From an uncultured bacterium (GTDB taxonomy: Bacteria > Bacillota_I > Bacilli_A > RF39 > UBA660), in contig CAMNUE010000001.1 in NCBI GenBank assembly GCA_946560065.1, forward strand, positions 62,805-126,804: a DNA stretch of 64,000 nucleotides, given 5' to 3'. Below are positions 42,025 to 51,659 of this stretch, piece by piece. Below the pieces are notes generated by a model, which had not been told where the DNA came from, searched no databases, and saw nothing but the letters and a program-made list of their open reading frames with translations. Within the stretch, counting starts at the first letter, position 1. Every line of letters begins with the position of its first letter. The translations under genes were made by a program, and so were the position numbers.

Positions 42025-43968
42025 ATGAAGAATATTGAAAAAGCTTTACAAAAATTCGCAGAAGGAAAAGGACCAAGAGTTGGATATAAAATTTTATGTG
42101 AGAACAAAAGTAAAACGTCCAACGAGCTTATCAATATTCTTGCTAAATTAGTAAGTGAAGATTTAGATAAATTTACAGGAGAAAACTCACTAGATAAAAG
42201 TATTGATTTACTAAAAAGCATGACTGTAATTATCGAAAACTGTGATGATATAAATAGAAAAATAGTCACAAGAAAACTTCATAAACTATATGAAAAAATA
42301 GAAAGAATTACAGAACAAAAGAAAAAGACTCTAGTAAACTTGGAAGAAGCTAGTATAGAGCTTGATACATTAAAACAAAATATCGAAAGTGTTCAAGACT
42401 CAATCCAAAACATGGAGCCAAAAAAATACGACTTTTTAAGATACTTAATAACAGGTACCCAAAATACAGATTATTTAGAATATTCATTTACCAGAATGCC
42501 AGAATTAGTAAATGCCAAAGATAAATATGGTGATCATATATTAGTGAAAGTAACTCAAAAGTATTTAGGATTTATCTTAGCTAATGATGAAAAACAAATC
42601 TTTCACTACAGTAATATTATTTCACTTATTCTTCGCCAAAATACTTTAGAACTTTCTCCAAAAGAGCAAAGGAAGATAACAGACGAAATCTACACTACCA
42701 TAGATAAACTAAGTGTTAGTAAAAAGATTGCTAAACAAAATAAAGATAAGATTAACTGGTTAAATAATCTAATAAAAACTATTAAAAATATGGATATTGA
42801 AGAAAAAGACATCGAAGAGATTGCAGCAAAATACAAAATACCTGTCAACTTTGATGAAATATTAAAAGAAACAGCAAAATTAACTAAAGTGCCGCAAATA
42901 GGAGAAGATAATAGATATTTTGTAGATGATTATGTTATAACTATCGATAAGAGAAAAGCAGATGAGATTGATGATGCTTTATCATGTAAAAAACTGCCTA
43001 ATGGAAATTATTTACTTGGAGTACATATAGCATCTGTATTAAGTTATTATCCATATGATTCTTTAATGATTGATACAGCTATATCTAGAACCCAGACAAT
43101 CTACTTACCTAGAATGTATTGCAACGAAGATAAAGAACAATGCAAAATTATTCCAATCTTTCCATTTGAATTTTCAACCAATAGAGCTTCATTATTACCA
43201 AACCAACCACGTTATACAAGAAGTTACTATTACGAAATTGATAATGAAGGAAATGTTGTAAATGAAAAATACATAAAATCAATCATCAAAAGTAATAAGA
43301 AAACAACTTATGAAGAAGTTAATAAAGTGCTTGAACATGGAACATCAGACACAGAATTTGAAGAAACTGTTTTGAATCTTCAGGCAGTAACAGAATTATT
43401 AGATAAAAAATATAAACCTTCCGAGTTTTATGAAAAAATAAAAGAAAGTAATGATGATTATTCTGACTTAAGAGTTAAAAGAGTAGGATCCGAAAAGATT
43501 GTTTATCAAGCAATGCTTTTAACGGGAAATAGAGTAGCCAATTACTTTGCCAATTCTAAAGAAGGTTATCCCTGCTTATATAGAGTTCATGAAACTAATG
43601 AAAATAACAATAAAAAATTAGAAGCTATGATTGAAAATCTAACAGTAACTTATGGTGGAGATCAATATCGTAAATTGTATCAACTATTAGAAGGAATATA
43701 TCCAAAAGGTTGGTATGGAATTGAAGGAAAACATAATGGCTTAGGTCTTGACCATTATTGTCATTGTACTTCAGCATTAAGAAGAGGACCAGACATTGTT
43801 GTAGAACATGCTCTTGAAGTTTGCTATGATAATACTCCAACTGATAAAGAAATAGCTAAGTTAGAAGCTGAAATCAAAAGAAGAGTAACTGAGATAAATT
43901 CAAAGTTAGATCCAATAGAATGGTTTGCCAAAGAATGTAAAAAATCCTATCAGAAAAAGCGAAAGTAA
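42025..43968 (+). CDS. Divergent RNB-domain (RNase II/R-like) protein with long N-terminal coiled coil
   Basis: ITIDKRKADEIDDALS, HIASVLSYY and HCTSALRRGPDIVVEHAL correspond to RNB motifs. No cold-shock or S1 domains are evident. Confidence 0.6.
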   Translation: MKNIEKALQKFAEGKGPRVGYKILCENKSKTSNELINILAKLVSEDLDKFTGENSLDKSIDLLKSMTVIIENCDDINRKIVTRKLHKLYEKIERITEQKKKTLVNLEEASIELDTLKQNIESVQDSIQNMEPKKYDFLRYLITGTQNTDYLEYSFTRMPELVNAKDKYGDHILVKVTQKYLGFILANDEKQIFHYSNIISLILRQNTLELSPKEQRKITDEIYTTIDKLSVSKKIAKQNKDKINWLNNLIKTIKNMDIEEKDIEEIAAKYKIPVNFDEILKETAKLTKVPQIGEDNRYFVDDYVITIDKRKADEIDDALSCKKLPNGNYLLGVHIASVLSYYPYDSLMIDTAISRTQTIYLPRMYCNEDKEQCKIIPIFPFEFSTNRASLLPNQPRYTRSYYYEIDNEGNVVNEKYIKSIIKSNKKTTYEEVNKVLEHGTSDTEFEETVLNLQAVTELLDKKYKPSEFYEKIKESNDDYSDLRVKRVGSEKIVYQAMLLTGNRVANYFANSKEGYPCLYRVHETNENNNKKLEAMIENLTVTYGGDQYRKLYQLLEGIYPKGWYGIEGKHNGLGLDHYCHCTSALRRGPDIVVEHALEVCYDNTPTDKEIAKLEAEIKRRVTEINSKLDPIEWFAKECKKSYQKKRK

Positions 43969-44020
43969 ATTATAATATTTACTTTCTTTTTATCATTTAC
44001 TAAGCAAATTACTTCTAAAA

Positions 44021-44049
44021 TTGACAATAACACTAAATTATAGTATAAT
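44021..44049 (+). promoter_or_regulatory. Consensus sigma-A promoter for the M23 peptidase gene
   Basis: TTGACA (44021-44026), a 17-nt spacer, TATAAT (44044-44049). The listed TTG start at 44021 is this -35 box. Confidence 0.7.
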
Positions 44050-44077
44050 AGCCCTGATTTTCAGGGGAAGTGGTTAT

Positions 44078-44881
44078 GTGAAAACCAAAAGATTAAATAT
44101 CAGAAAAAAAATTATTATAACTATGGCTATCTCCTTATTAACAATTTCAGTCGGAATGGAATCAAGTGAATTATTTGTAAAAGCTGAAAACTATGAGATA
44201 AACTATGAATATGTAAACATCAAAGATATGGCTCAAGCAAAAGTTAGTAATAAACAGAAAAAACAAAGTGTTTTAGATCCTTTATTGATAAATGTTGAAA
44301 AGGTTGAACAAATTGTTCCAGTAGATTTACCAACTAGTGAAAGTGTTCAAGAAGTGCAGTTGCCAGTAATGGAAAATACAGAAGCAACAATGGTTACACC
44401 AAGAAGAATTTGGTACTTACCAACAGAAATGGGATATGTAACTCAAAATCCTCATTATGGACATGTTGCCTTAGATATTGGTAGTCCAAGAGGTTCATCA
44501 GAAAATATCTTTCCAGTAGCTAATGGTGTGATCTCAGGAATTTATACAGATAGCGCTGGAGCTAAAATAGTAACGGTTCTTCATAATATTGATGGTAAAA
44601 AATATACATCACAATACGTCCATTTATCAGCCTATGCTAGTAATATTTATGTAGGTAAAGAAGTTACTATAAATGATAGTTTAGGACTTATGGGAACAAC
44701 AGGTCGTTCAACTGGTGTTCATCTTCATCTAGCAGTAGTTGATTGTGCATTATTTGATCCAAATGATCCATACTGTAGTAATTTAAATGGTTTCTTTAGA
44801 TATGCAGACACAAGACTAGCCCAAGGACACATTGGCTTAGGAACAATGATGACAGTTCCCGGAGAATGGTATAGCAGATAA
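44078..44881 (+). CDS. M23 family metallopeptidase (secreted/membrane-anchored)
   Basis: GTG start at 44078 after a GGGGAAGTGG RBS. N-terminal TM/signal sequence. HYGHVALDIG and GTTGRSTGVHLHLAV (HxH) motifs. Confidence 0.85.
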   Translation: MKTKRLNIRKKIIITMAISLLTISVGMESSELFVKAENYEINYEYVNIKDMAQAKVSNKQKKQSVLDPLLINVEKVEQIVPVDLPTSESVQEVQLPVMENTEATMVTPRRIWYLPTEMGYVTQNPHYGHVALDIGSPRGSSENIFPVANGVISGIYTDSAGAKIVTVLHNIDGKKYTSQYVHLSAYASNIYVGKEVTINDSLGLMGTTGRSTGVHLHLAVVDCALFDPNDPYCSNLNGFFRYADTRLAQGHIGLGTMMTVPGEWYSR

Positions 44882-44906
44882 AATTAAATTAGAAAAGAGG
44901 AAAAAG

Positions 44907-45770
44907 ATGGAGGCTGAATTAGAACATAAAATTGATAAAGATGTTTATAAAGCTTGGTACTTATCAAAGGGATTAGAACGCTCTCAAAAATACTCTAAAG
45001 TATACCTTAATAGTAACGAAAATCTTGAAGAACTATTTAATCAAATAACTGTAAGAGATAAAGATGTTTTAACAGTCTTATCATCGAGTGATCAATACTT
45101 TAGATGTCTACATAATGGAGCAAGAAATGTTGATACCTATGATGTGAGCATTTTTCCTCCATATTATTACTATGTTCGTAAATGGTATATGGAAATTAAT
45201 AAACAATATGCAATAAACAGACGGACAGTAGAAAAAGATGATGAGTGGTTTCATGAGTTACTACCAAAAGTCAAATGTGAAAGTATAGAAGAAGAGGTTG
45301 CCTATAAATTTTGGAAAAAATATGTAGATGTATATAAGGGCAAATTAGGAGAAAATTTATTTAGAATAGTTGAAGGAGACTTCACCTTTGATAGAGCAGT
45401 AGAACCTCTTTGTGAAATAATGAAAAAAAGACCACTGAATTATACAAATTATGATATTTGCGAAGAGCAAAAAACATCAAAAACATATGACGTAATAATT
45501 CTTTCTAATATTTTAGAATGGTATTTATTTGAACCTAAAAAAATAGAAAAATGTCGAGATAATTTAAAAAATATCCTAAAAGATGATGGGAAAATAATCT
45601 GTTCATGTATAATGGATTATGATATTAATGAAAAAGAACTAGAAATTTTTCAAGACGACTTTACCTATGAACGAATCTTTGATCAAAGTTTTATAAAACC
45701 TCAAGATGTAATAATAGGCTATTCATATCAAAAGAAAAAAACAATGTCAGAAAATTCTAAGAAATATTGA
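44907..45770 (+). CDS. Hypothetical protein, weakly SAM-methyltransferase/DUF3419-like
   Basis: VLTVLSSSDQ and YDVIILSNILEWY resemble class I MTase motifs I and post-II. Low certainty. Confidence 0.3.
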   Translation: MEAELEHKIDKDVYKAWYLSKGLERSQKYSKVYLNSNENLEELFNQITVRDKDVLTVLSSSDQYFRCLHNGARNVDTYDVSIFPPYYYYVRKWYMEINKQYAINRRTVEKDDEWFHELLPKVKCESIEEEVAYKFWKKYVDVYKGKLGENLFRIVEGDFTFDRAVEPLCEIMKKRPLNYTNYDICEEQKTSKTYDVIILSNILEWYLFEPKKIEKCRDNLKNILKDDGKIICSCIMDYDINEKELEIFQDDFTYERIFDQSFIKPQDVIIGYSYQKKKTMSENSKKY

Positions 45771-46012
45771 AAAAATAAAAATAAAGTGTTATATTAACAA
45801 TATCGATTAAATACATTGACGAAGGACACGATAAATTATCTAAGTCTTCAAGAGAACTCATGGTTGGTGAAAATGAGTAGACATTTAATTTATTACTACC
45901 TTTCGAGTAGAATTATAGAAAGTAATTCCGGTAAAGCCGTTAAACATAAGAGTTAAATAAAGGATGGTACCGTGCCAAAGCACTCCTAGGTATCATTCTT
46001 TTTATTTTTAAG
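45767..46012 (+). promoter_or_regulatory. Promoter plus threonine-specific T-box leader
   Basis: TTGAAA-17 nt-TATATT with a TGn extension (45767-45795). AGAGA and GGTGAAA stem I elements (45851-45872). Thr codons ACU and ACC at 45895-45900. T-box AAAGGATGGTACCGTG (45958-45974). Hairpin plus T-rich tract ends ~46009. Confidence 0.8.
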
Positions 46013-46022
46013 GAGGATTAAT

Positions 46023-46625
46023 ATGAAAATAGAAGTACTAAATCATGCATCAATCAAATTATCAGAAAATGATATTATCTACTTTGATCCATACGATATA
46101 AAAGAAAAATATCACGATGCAGATTACATCTTCATTACTCATGACCATTATGATCACTATGATGAAGAATCAATTGCAAATATAAAAAAGCTAACTACTA
46201 AAATAATTGTTCCTAAATGCTTAGAAAGTAGACAAAATGATTTAGTAGTAGAACCAAATAAAAAATATCAGATTGATAATATTGAGTTTGAAACAATTCC
46301 TTCCTATAACAATAATAAAGAATTCCATCCCAAAGAAAAAGAATATGTTGGATATAATATTCTTTTGAATGGCTTATATTATTATGTTATGGGAGACACT
46401 GATCGAACCTATGAAGCAGATAATGTAAAAACAGATATTTGTTTTGTACCAATAGGTGGAAAGTTCACTATGGATTTAGATGAAGCAATCTCCTATATAA
46501 ATGATTTAAAACCAATAAAGGCTATTCCAATTCACTATGGGAAAATAATTGGAGATAGAACTTTAGGACAAGAATTTAAAAATAATATAAAAAATGATAT
46601 AGAAGTTGAAGTACATATCAACTAA
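46023..46625 (+). CDS. MBL-fold metallo-hydrolase
   Basis: ITHDHYDHYD (HxHxDH) motif. 200 aa. Confidence 0.8.
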   Translation: MKIEVLNHASIKLSENDIIYFDPYDIKEKYHDADYIFITHDHYDHYDEESIANIKKLTTKIIVPKCLESRQNDLVVEPNKKYQIDNIEFETIPSYNNNKEFHPKEKEYVGYNILLNGLYYYVMGDTDRTYEADNVKTDICFVPIGGKFTMDLDEAISYINDLKPIKAIPIHYGKIIGDRTLGQEFKNNIKNDIEVEVHIN

Positions 46626-46637
46626 GGAGGAATAATT

Positions 46638-48401
46638 ATGATAAATATTAAAGAAAATGAACAATTAAGTATAAAAAACCACTCATGTGCTCACTTGCTT
46701 GCCCAAGCAGTAAAGCACTTATATCCAGATGCTAAGTTTTGGGTAGGACCAGTAATCGAAGAAGGATTCTATTACGATATTGATTTAGGTGATTACAAAT
46801 TAACTGATGAAGATATACCAAAAATCGAAAAAGAAATGAAAAAAATTGCTAAAGACGGTAAAAGAATTGTTCGTCAGGAACTTTCTAAAGAAGAAGCTTT
46901 AGAAAAATTTAAAGATGATGAATATAAAATTGATTTAATTTCTCGTATGGACGAAGAAGATACTGTAATTAGTTGCTACTCTCAAGGAGACTTTACTGAC
47001 CTTTGTCGTGGACCACATGTAGAAACTGTAAAAGAATTAAAATATTTTAAACTTTTAAAATTCAGTGGTGCTTACTGGAAAGGTGACGCTAATAATAAGA
47101 TGCTTCAAAGAATCTATGGTATCTGTTTTGATACAGAAGAAGAATTAGAAGCTCATCTTCAAGAGTTAGAAGAAGCAAAACAAAGAGACCATAGAAAAAT
47201 TGGAAAAGAGCAAGAATTATTTATGTCTCATGAACTTGTTGGCTCAGGAATGCCTTTATGGTTACCAAATGGAGCAATCATTCGTAAAGAATTAGAAAAC
47301 TATATCTATGCTAAAGAAAGAAATATGGGCTATAATCATGTCTACACTCCATGTGTTGGAACTACTGATTTATATAAAACTTCTGGCCACTGGGATCACT
47401 ATCAAGAAAATATGTTCCCAACTATGAAAGTTGATGATGAAGAATTCGTTCTTCGTCCAATGAATTGTCCACATCATATGTTAGTTTATAAAAATAAAAT
47501 GCACTCATATAGAGACTTACCAGTAAGAATAGGTGAGTTTGCAACAGACTTTCGTTATGAAGCAAGTGGTGCAGTTAAAGGGCTTGAAAGAGTACGTTGT
47601 ATGTGTCAAAATGATGCTCATCTTTTTGTGAGACCAGATCAAATAGGAGAAGAATTCAAAAAAGTTGTTAGCTTGATTCTTGATGTTTATAAAGACTTCG
47701 GAATCGAAAACTATAAATTCAGATTATCATTAAGAGATAAAGAAGATAAAGAAAAATACTTTGATGATGACGAAATGTGGGATAGTGCTGAAAATAAATT
47801 AAGAGAAGTCCTAAATGATCTAGGTGTAGAATACTTTGAAGCAGAAGGTGAAGCAGCTTTCTACGGACCAAAATTAGATGTAGAAGTAAAACCAGCCGTA
47901 GGACCAGAAGTAACTTTATCCACATGCCAATTAGATTTCTTATTACCAAGAAGATTTGAACTTAACTATATTGATAGTAATGGAGAAAAACAAATACCTG
48001 TTGTATTACATAGAGCAATATTCGGAACTTTCGACAGATTTACAGCTTTCATTATTGAAGAAACAAAAGGAAACTTCCCAACTTGGTTAGCACCAGTTCA
48101 AGTTAAAACTATTCCAGTAAATCCTGAATATCAAGGAGATTATGCTAAAGAAATAAATGATTTATTAATAGCAAATGGAATTCGCGCTGAATTAGATGAC
48201 CGAAATGAAAAGTTAGGTTATCGTCTACGTGAAGCTCAAACTACTAAAGTTCCATATACTTTAATATTAGGAGATGCTGAAAAAGAAAATCAAACAATTA
48301 GTTATCGTCTTCATGGAGAAAAAGATACAACGACATTATCAAAAGAGGAGTTCGTTGAATTAATCAAAAATGAAATTGCAAGTCGTGGATTAAGAAAATA
48401 A
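46638..48401 (+). CDS. thrS: Threonine--tRNA ligase (lacks N-terminal TGS domain)
   Basis: HSCAHLLAQAVK editing-domain start, RDHRKIG, and class II motifs (FRYE.SGA, GFYGPK-like). 587 aa compared with about 640 in Bacillus. Confidence 0.95.
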   Translation: MINIKENEQLSIKNHSCAHLLAQAVKHLYPDAKFWVGPVIEEGFYYDIDLGDYKLTDEDIPKIEKEMKKIAKDGKRIVRQELSKEEALEKFKDDEYKIDLISRMDEEDTVISCYSQGDFTDLCRGPHVETVKELKYFKLLKFSGAYWKGDANNKMLQRIYGICFDTEEELEAHLQELEEAKQRDHRKIGKEQELFMSHELVGSGMPLWLPNGAIIRKELENYIYAKERNMGYNHVYTPCVGTTDLYKTSGHWDHYQENMFPTMKVDDEEFVLRPMNCPHHMLVYKNKMHSYRDLPVRIGEFATDFRYEASGAVKGLERVRCMCQNDAHLFVRPDQIGEEFKKVVSLILDVYKDFGIENYKFRLSLRDKEDKEKYFDDDEMWDSAENKLREVLNDLGVEYFEAEGEAAFYGPKLDVEVKPAVGPEVTLSTCQLDFLLPRRFELNYIDSNGEKQIPVVLHRAIFGTFDRFTAFIIEETKGNFPTWLAPVQVKTIPVNPEYQGDYAKEINDLLIANGIRAELDDRNEKLGYRLREAQTTKVPYTLILGDAEKENQTISYRLHGEKDTTTLSKEEFVELIKNEIASRGLRK

Positions 48402-48420
48402 TGAAAAAATAGTAAAAACA

Positions 48421-48457
48421 AAATTCGTTTCTAAAAATAGAAACGAATTTTTTTATG
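48421..48457 (+). terminator. Rho-independent terminator after thrS
   Basis: AATTCGTTTCT-aaaat-AGAAACGAATT (11-bp stem) plus T7. Confidence 0.85.
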
Positions 48458-48558
48458 ATTAAAGTTAAAAGTAATGATTAATAAATTGAAAAAAAATAGT
48501 CAAAAATTTTTTTCTATGGTAAAATATATATATATAATAGAGTAATGGAGTTTATAAA

Positions 48559-51456
48559 ATGAGAGAAGTAAAATATAAAAAAAATAATAAGATGAGTAAG
48601 GGTTTTACTCTGGTTGAATTAATAGTAACAATTATAATATTAGGAATTGTAACCGCAATGACATTTCCTTTAATTAGAAAAATTGCTAGTGACGGAGAAA
48701 ATAAAAAGTACACTATTTACAAAGATAATGTAGCTTCAAGCGCAAAATTATACACTGATTCATACAACGAAGATATGTTTGGACACAATAAATCAGGTTG
48801 TGCTTATATTCCATACAAGAAATTAGAAGAAAAAAAACTTATTAAAGATATCCAAGTTGATGAAATGACATGTGATACAGAAGAAACATATGTTAAAGTC
48901 ATTAAAGTAAATAATCGATATAGTTATAATACTTATGTCGGTTGCGGAAAAGAGACATCTCCATATTCAAAGGTCAAAATAATTAAAAGACTTCCCGCAA
49001 CTATTCCAGAAATGGTCGAGGAAAACTGTGAGATTGGAAAGTCAACAATTTCTATTGAAGCCAGTCCTGCATCTTCTAAAGTTCCAGAAAAACAACAAAT
49101 GACTGTCAAAGTTACTTTAAAGAGTAGTACAGGTATTGATACTAATTCAAACATACATTATGGATGGTCTAAATCTAATAATTATACTGGAGTAACAAGC
49201 TGGAGTAAGCTTTCCATTTCAATTCCATCAAAAGAAGAACAGAATAAAACAATATTCGAAAATCTTAAAGATGTTGAAACATCTACTAATGTAACAACAC
49301 CAAACGGATTAAATGGAGATTACTATTTGTTTATTAAAGTTGACAGATTGACGGATTTAGTTGGAGCACCATATGATGGAAATATGAAAATGTTTGGAAG
49401 TTATAGATTAGATAATATAGCACCAAATCTAAATGATTCAACTATTATTTCAAACAACAAAAATTATAATACTTTAGAGCCTAAACTAAACTTAAAAGCA
49501 ACAGATAATTATACTCCAACAGGCAGTCTTAAAATGTGTATTTCATATGAAAAGGATAACTGTAAAAAAACTTCAACAGATATATCTAAATACAGCAACT
49601 ACGCTTCATCAGAAGTTCTATCTAAGATATCTAACAAATATGATGGTTCAAAACATAAAGTTTACATAACAATTGCTGATAGAGCTGGAAATCATACCAC
49701 TAAGGTGTTTAATTATGATATTTCTAAAACTTACACACTTAAATATAACTCTAATGGTGGAAGTTCATGTGCTTCTCAAGCAGCATCAATAAATGGTACA
49801 TGGGGAACACTATGTGTACCAAAACGTACAGGCTATACGTTTAGAAGTTGGAATACTAAAAAAGATGGAACCGGAACAACAATAACAGCTAACGATATTG
49901 CTAAATCAGACCTAACTGTTTATGCTCAATGGAGTTTAACAACGTACACAATTTCTTATAATTTGAATGGTGGTACAGTTAGTGGAAATCCAACAACATA
50001 TACTATAAATACCAATACATTTACATTAAAAAATCCAACAAAAACAGGTGACAAATTTAGCGGTTGGTCAGGAACAGGACTAAAAAGTAATACAAGGAGT
50101 GTTACAATAAAGAAAGGTTCAACAGGAAATAGAGTATACACAGCTAATTGGAATAGTACAATTTACGTTTTAACATTCAATTCTGATGGAGGAACAACTT
50201 GTAGTCCAACATCAATAAGTAAAAAATACAATGCAACTTGGGGAACATTATGTACACCAACTAAGTCAGGATATAACTTTGGAGGTTGGTATACAAAACA
50301 AAATGGTGGAGGTACCAACATAAAAAGTTCATCTAAAGCAACATCAAATTTAACAGTTTATGCTAAGTGGACAGCTAATACAAAAAATTATAAATTAACA
50401 TACAATTCAGCTGGTGGAACAACTTGTAGCCCAAGCTCAATAAGTAGAAGTCAGAATACAGCTTGGGGAACACTATGTACACCAAATAAATCAGGATATA
50501 CTTTTGGAGGTTGGTATACTAAAGCAAATGGACAAGGCAGTAATATAACAGCATCATCATTGGCTACTTCAAACATAACGGTTTACGCCAAATGGAATCC
50601 ACATAAACCAACATGTAGTATATCAATACCAGATACTAAAGGAGAAAATGGCTGGTACAAGAAAAATGTAACAGTAAACATGACAACAAATGGAGTTGTC
50701 TCAAAATATGGATTAGCAACAACAGTAAATTCAACAAATGGAAAAAAATCAGTCTCTGCAACAGCCGAAGGAACAACAACATACTACGGGTATGTATCTA
50801 ATGCATCAGGATCTAACACATGTCAAATAACAGTTAAGATTGACAAAACAGCACCAACATGTACCCACTCTGGATGGTCAAAAACATGGCAGAAAGAAAA
50901 AAGGGAAATAAAATGGGGATGTAGTGATTCAACAAGTAAATGTAATTCTAGTTATAATGGTGGAAGTAAGACATTTAATGCATCAACTAAGACTGCAAAG
51001 ATAAGTGCATATACAATAAAAGATAATGCTGGAAATACTACAAAATGTCCAGCGAAAACAGCCAATGTTTATGTTGATAAAACACCACCAGAAGATATAT
51101 ATCACGATACATCACATAAAACTTCATGCTTCAGCTACAGTCATTGTGGTAAAAATCAAGAAAACTGTGTCATTTCAAAGAAAACTGCCTGTGGAGGGAC
51201 AAAAGTAATAAAAAAAGATGCACACAGTGGAATTGATTATGCTTTATACAAGAGTACAGGAACTGATTGTAAACATGGTGGTTATACATCCAGTACAGCA
51301 ACAACAGGAGATTGGAAGAGATACTCAGAATGGCAAGCTGTATATTACAAGCTAAACACATGCAAAAAGACAACAATAAAACAGAAAACTGTAGATAATG
51401 TTGGAAATGTCAGTTCAGTTTACACATATAAATTTAATAACTTATGGATAAAATAA
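48559..51456 (+). CDS. 965-aa modular type IV pilin-like protein (prepilin N-terminus + Listeria-Bacteroides-type repeats + Cys-rich C-terminal region)
   Basis: Class III signal ..MSKG/FTLVELIVTIIILGIVTAM. Four repeats of ~70 aa of the type Y.L.YNSNGG....GTLC.P.K.GY.F.GW.T...G.G......LTVYA.W. Cys-rich tail. Confidence 0.8.
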   Translation: MREVKYKKNNKMSKGFTLVELIVTIIILGIVTAMTFPLIRKIASDGENKKYTIYKDNVASSAKLYTDSYNEDMFGHNKSGCAYIPYKKLEEKKLIKDIQVDEMTCDTEETYVKVIKVNNRYSYNTYVGCGKETSPYSKVKIIKRLPATIPEMVEENCEIGKSTISIEASPASSKVPEKQQMTVKVTLKSSTGIDTNSNIHYGWSKSNNYTGVTSWSKLSISIPSKEEQNKTIFENLKDVETSTNVTTPNGLNGDYYLFIKVDRLTDLVGAPYDGNMKMFGSYRLDNIAPNLNDSTIISNNKNYNTLEPKLNLKATDNYTPTGSLKMCISYEKDNCKKTSTDISKYSNYASSEVLSKISNKYDGSKHKVYITIADRAGNHTTKVFNYDISKTYTLKYNSNGGSSCASQAASINGTWGTLCVPKRTGYTFRSWNTKKDGTGTTITANDIAKSDLTVYAQWSLTTYTISYNLNGGTVSGNPTTYTINTNTFTLKNPTKTGDKFSGWSGTGLKSNTRSVTIKKGSTGNRVYTANWNSTIYVLTFNSDGGTTCSPTSISKKYNATWGTLCTPTKSGYNFGGWYTKQNGGGTNIKSSSKATSNLTVYAKWTANTKNYKLTYNSAGGTTCSPSSISRSQNTAWGTLCTPNKSGYTFGGWYTKANGQGSNITASSLATSNITVYAKWNPHKPTCSISIPDTKGENGWYKKNVTVNMTTNGVVSKYGLATTVNSTNGKKSVSATAEGTTTYYGYVSNASGSNTCQITVKIDKTAPTCTHSGWSKTWQKEKREIKWGCSDSTSKCNSSYNGGSKTFNASTKTAKISAYTIKDNAGNTTKCPAKTANVYVDKTPPEDIYHDTSHKTSCFSYSHCGKNQENCVISKKTACGGTKVIKKDAHSGIDYALYKSTGTDCKHGGYTSSTATTGDWKRYSEWQAVYYKLNTCKKTTIKQKTVDNVGNVSSVYTYKFNNLWIK
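49732..50595 (+). repeat. Four tandem ~70-aa coding repeats (Flg_new / Listeria-Bacteroides repeat type)
   Basis: Repeats begin YTLKYNSNGG, YTISYNLNGG, YVLTFNSDGG and YKLTYNSAGG, and each ends ..VYA(Q/K)W or ..YTANW. Confidence 0.75.
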
Positions 51457-51527
51457 CCTGTCATAGTATCATATAATAAGTACTAATATTCAAAATTATA
51501 GACAAAAAGTTAAAAAATATTAAGACT

Positions 51528-51569
51528 AGAGCAGTTTAAGATTGAATAATCTATAAATTGCTCTTTTTA
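51528..51569 (+). terminator. Rho-independent terminator after the pilin-like gene
   Basis: AGAGCAGTTTA ... TAAATTGCTCT (10 of 11 positions pair) plus TTTTT. Confidence 0.6.
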
Positions 51570-51659
51570 AATTAAAATAAAAGTAATATTAATTTCGATA
51601 TAGATTATTGACTAACTAACCTTAATTTTGTAATATAATCTGCAAAGAAGGTGTAATCA

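Noticed and set aside
44021-44077. TTG start listed for the M23 peptidase ORF
   Set aside because: TTGACA at 44021 is the -35 box of a consensus promoter (TATAAT at 44044), so translation cannot begin there. GTG 44078 follows an RBS and precedes the signal/TM segment.
48524-48536. (TA)n microsatellite upstream of the large pilin gene as a phase-variation tract
   Set aside because: There are only about six units, lying within an AT-rich promoter region. That is too short to argue for slipped-strand regulation without population data.
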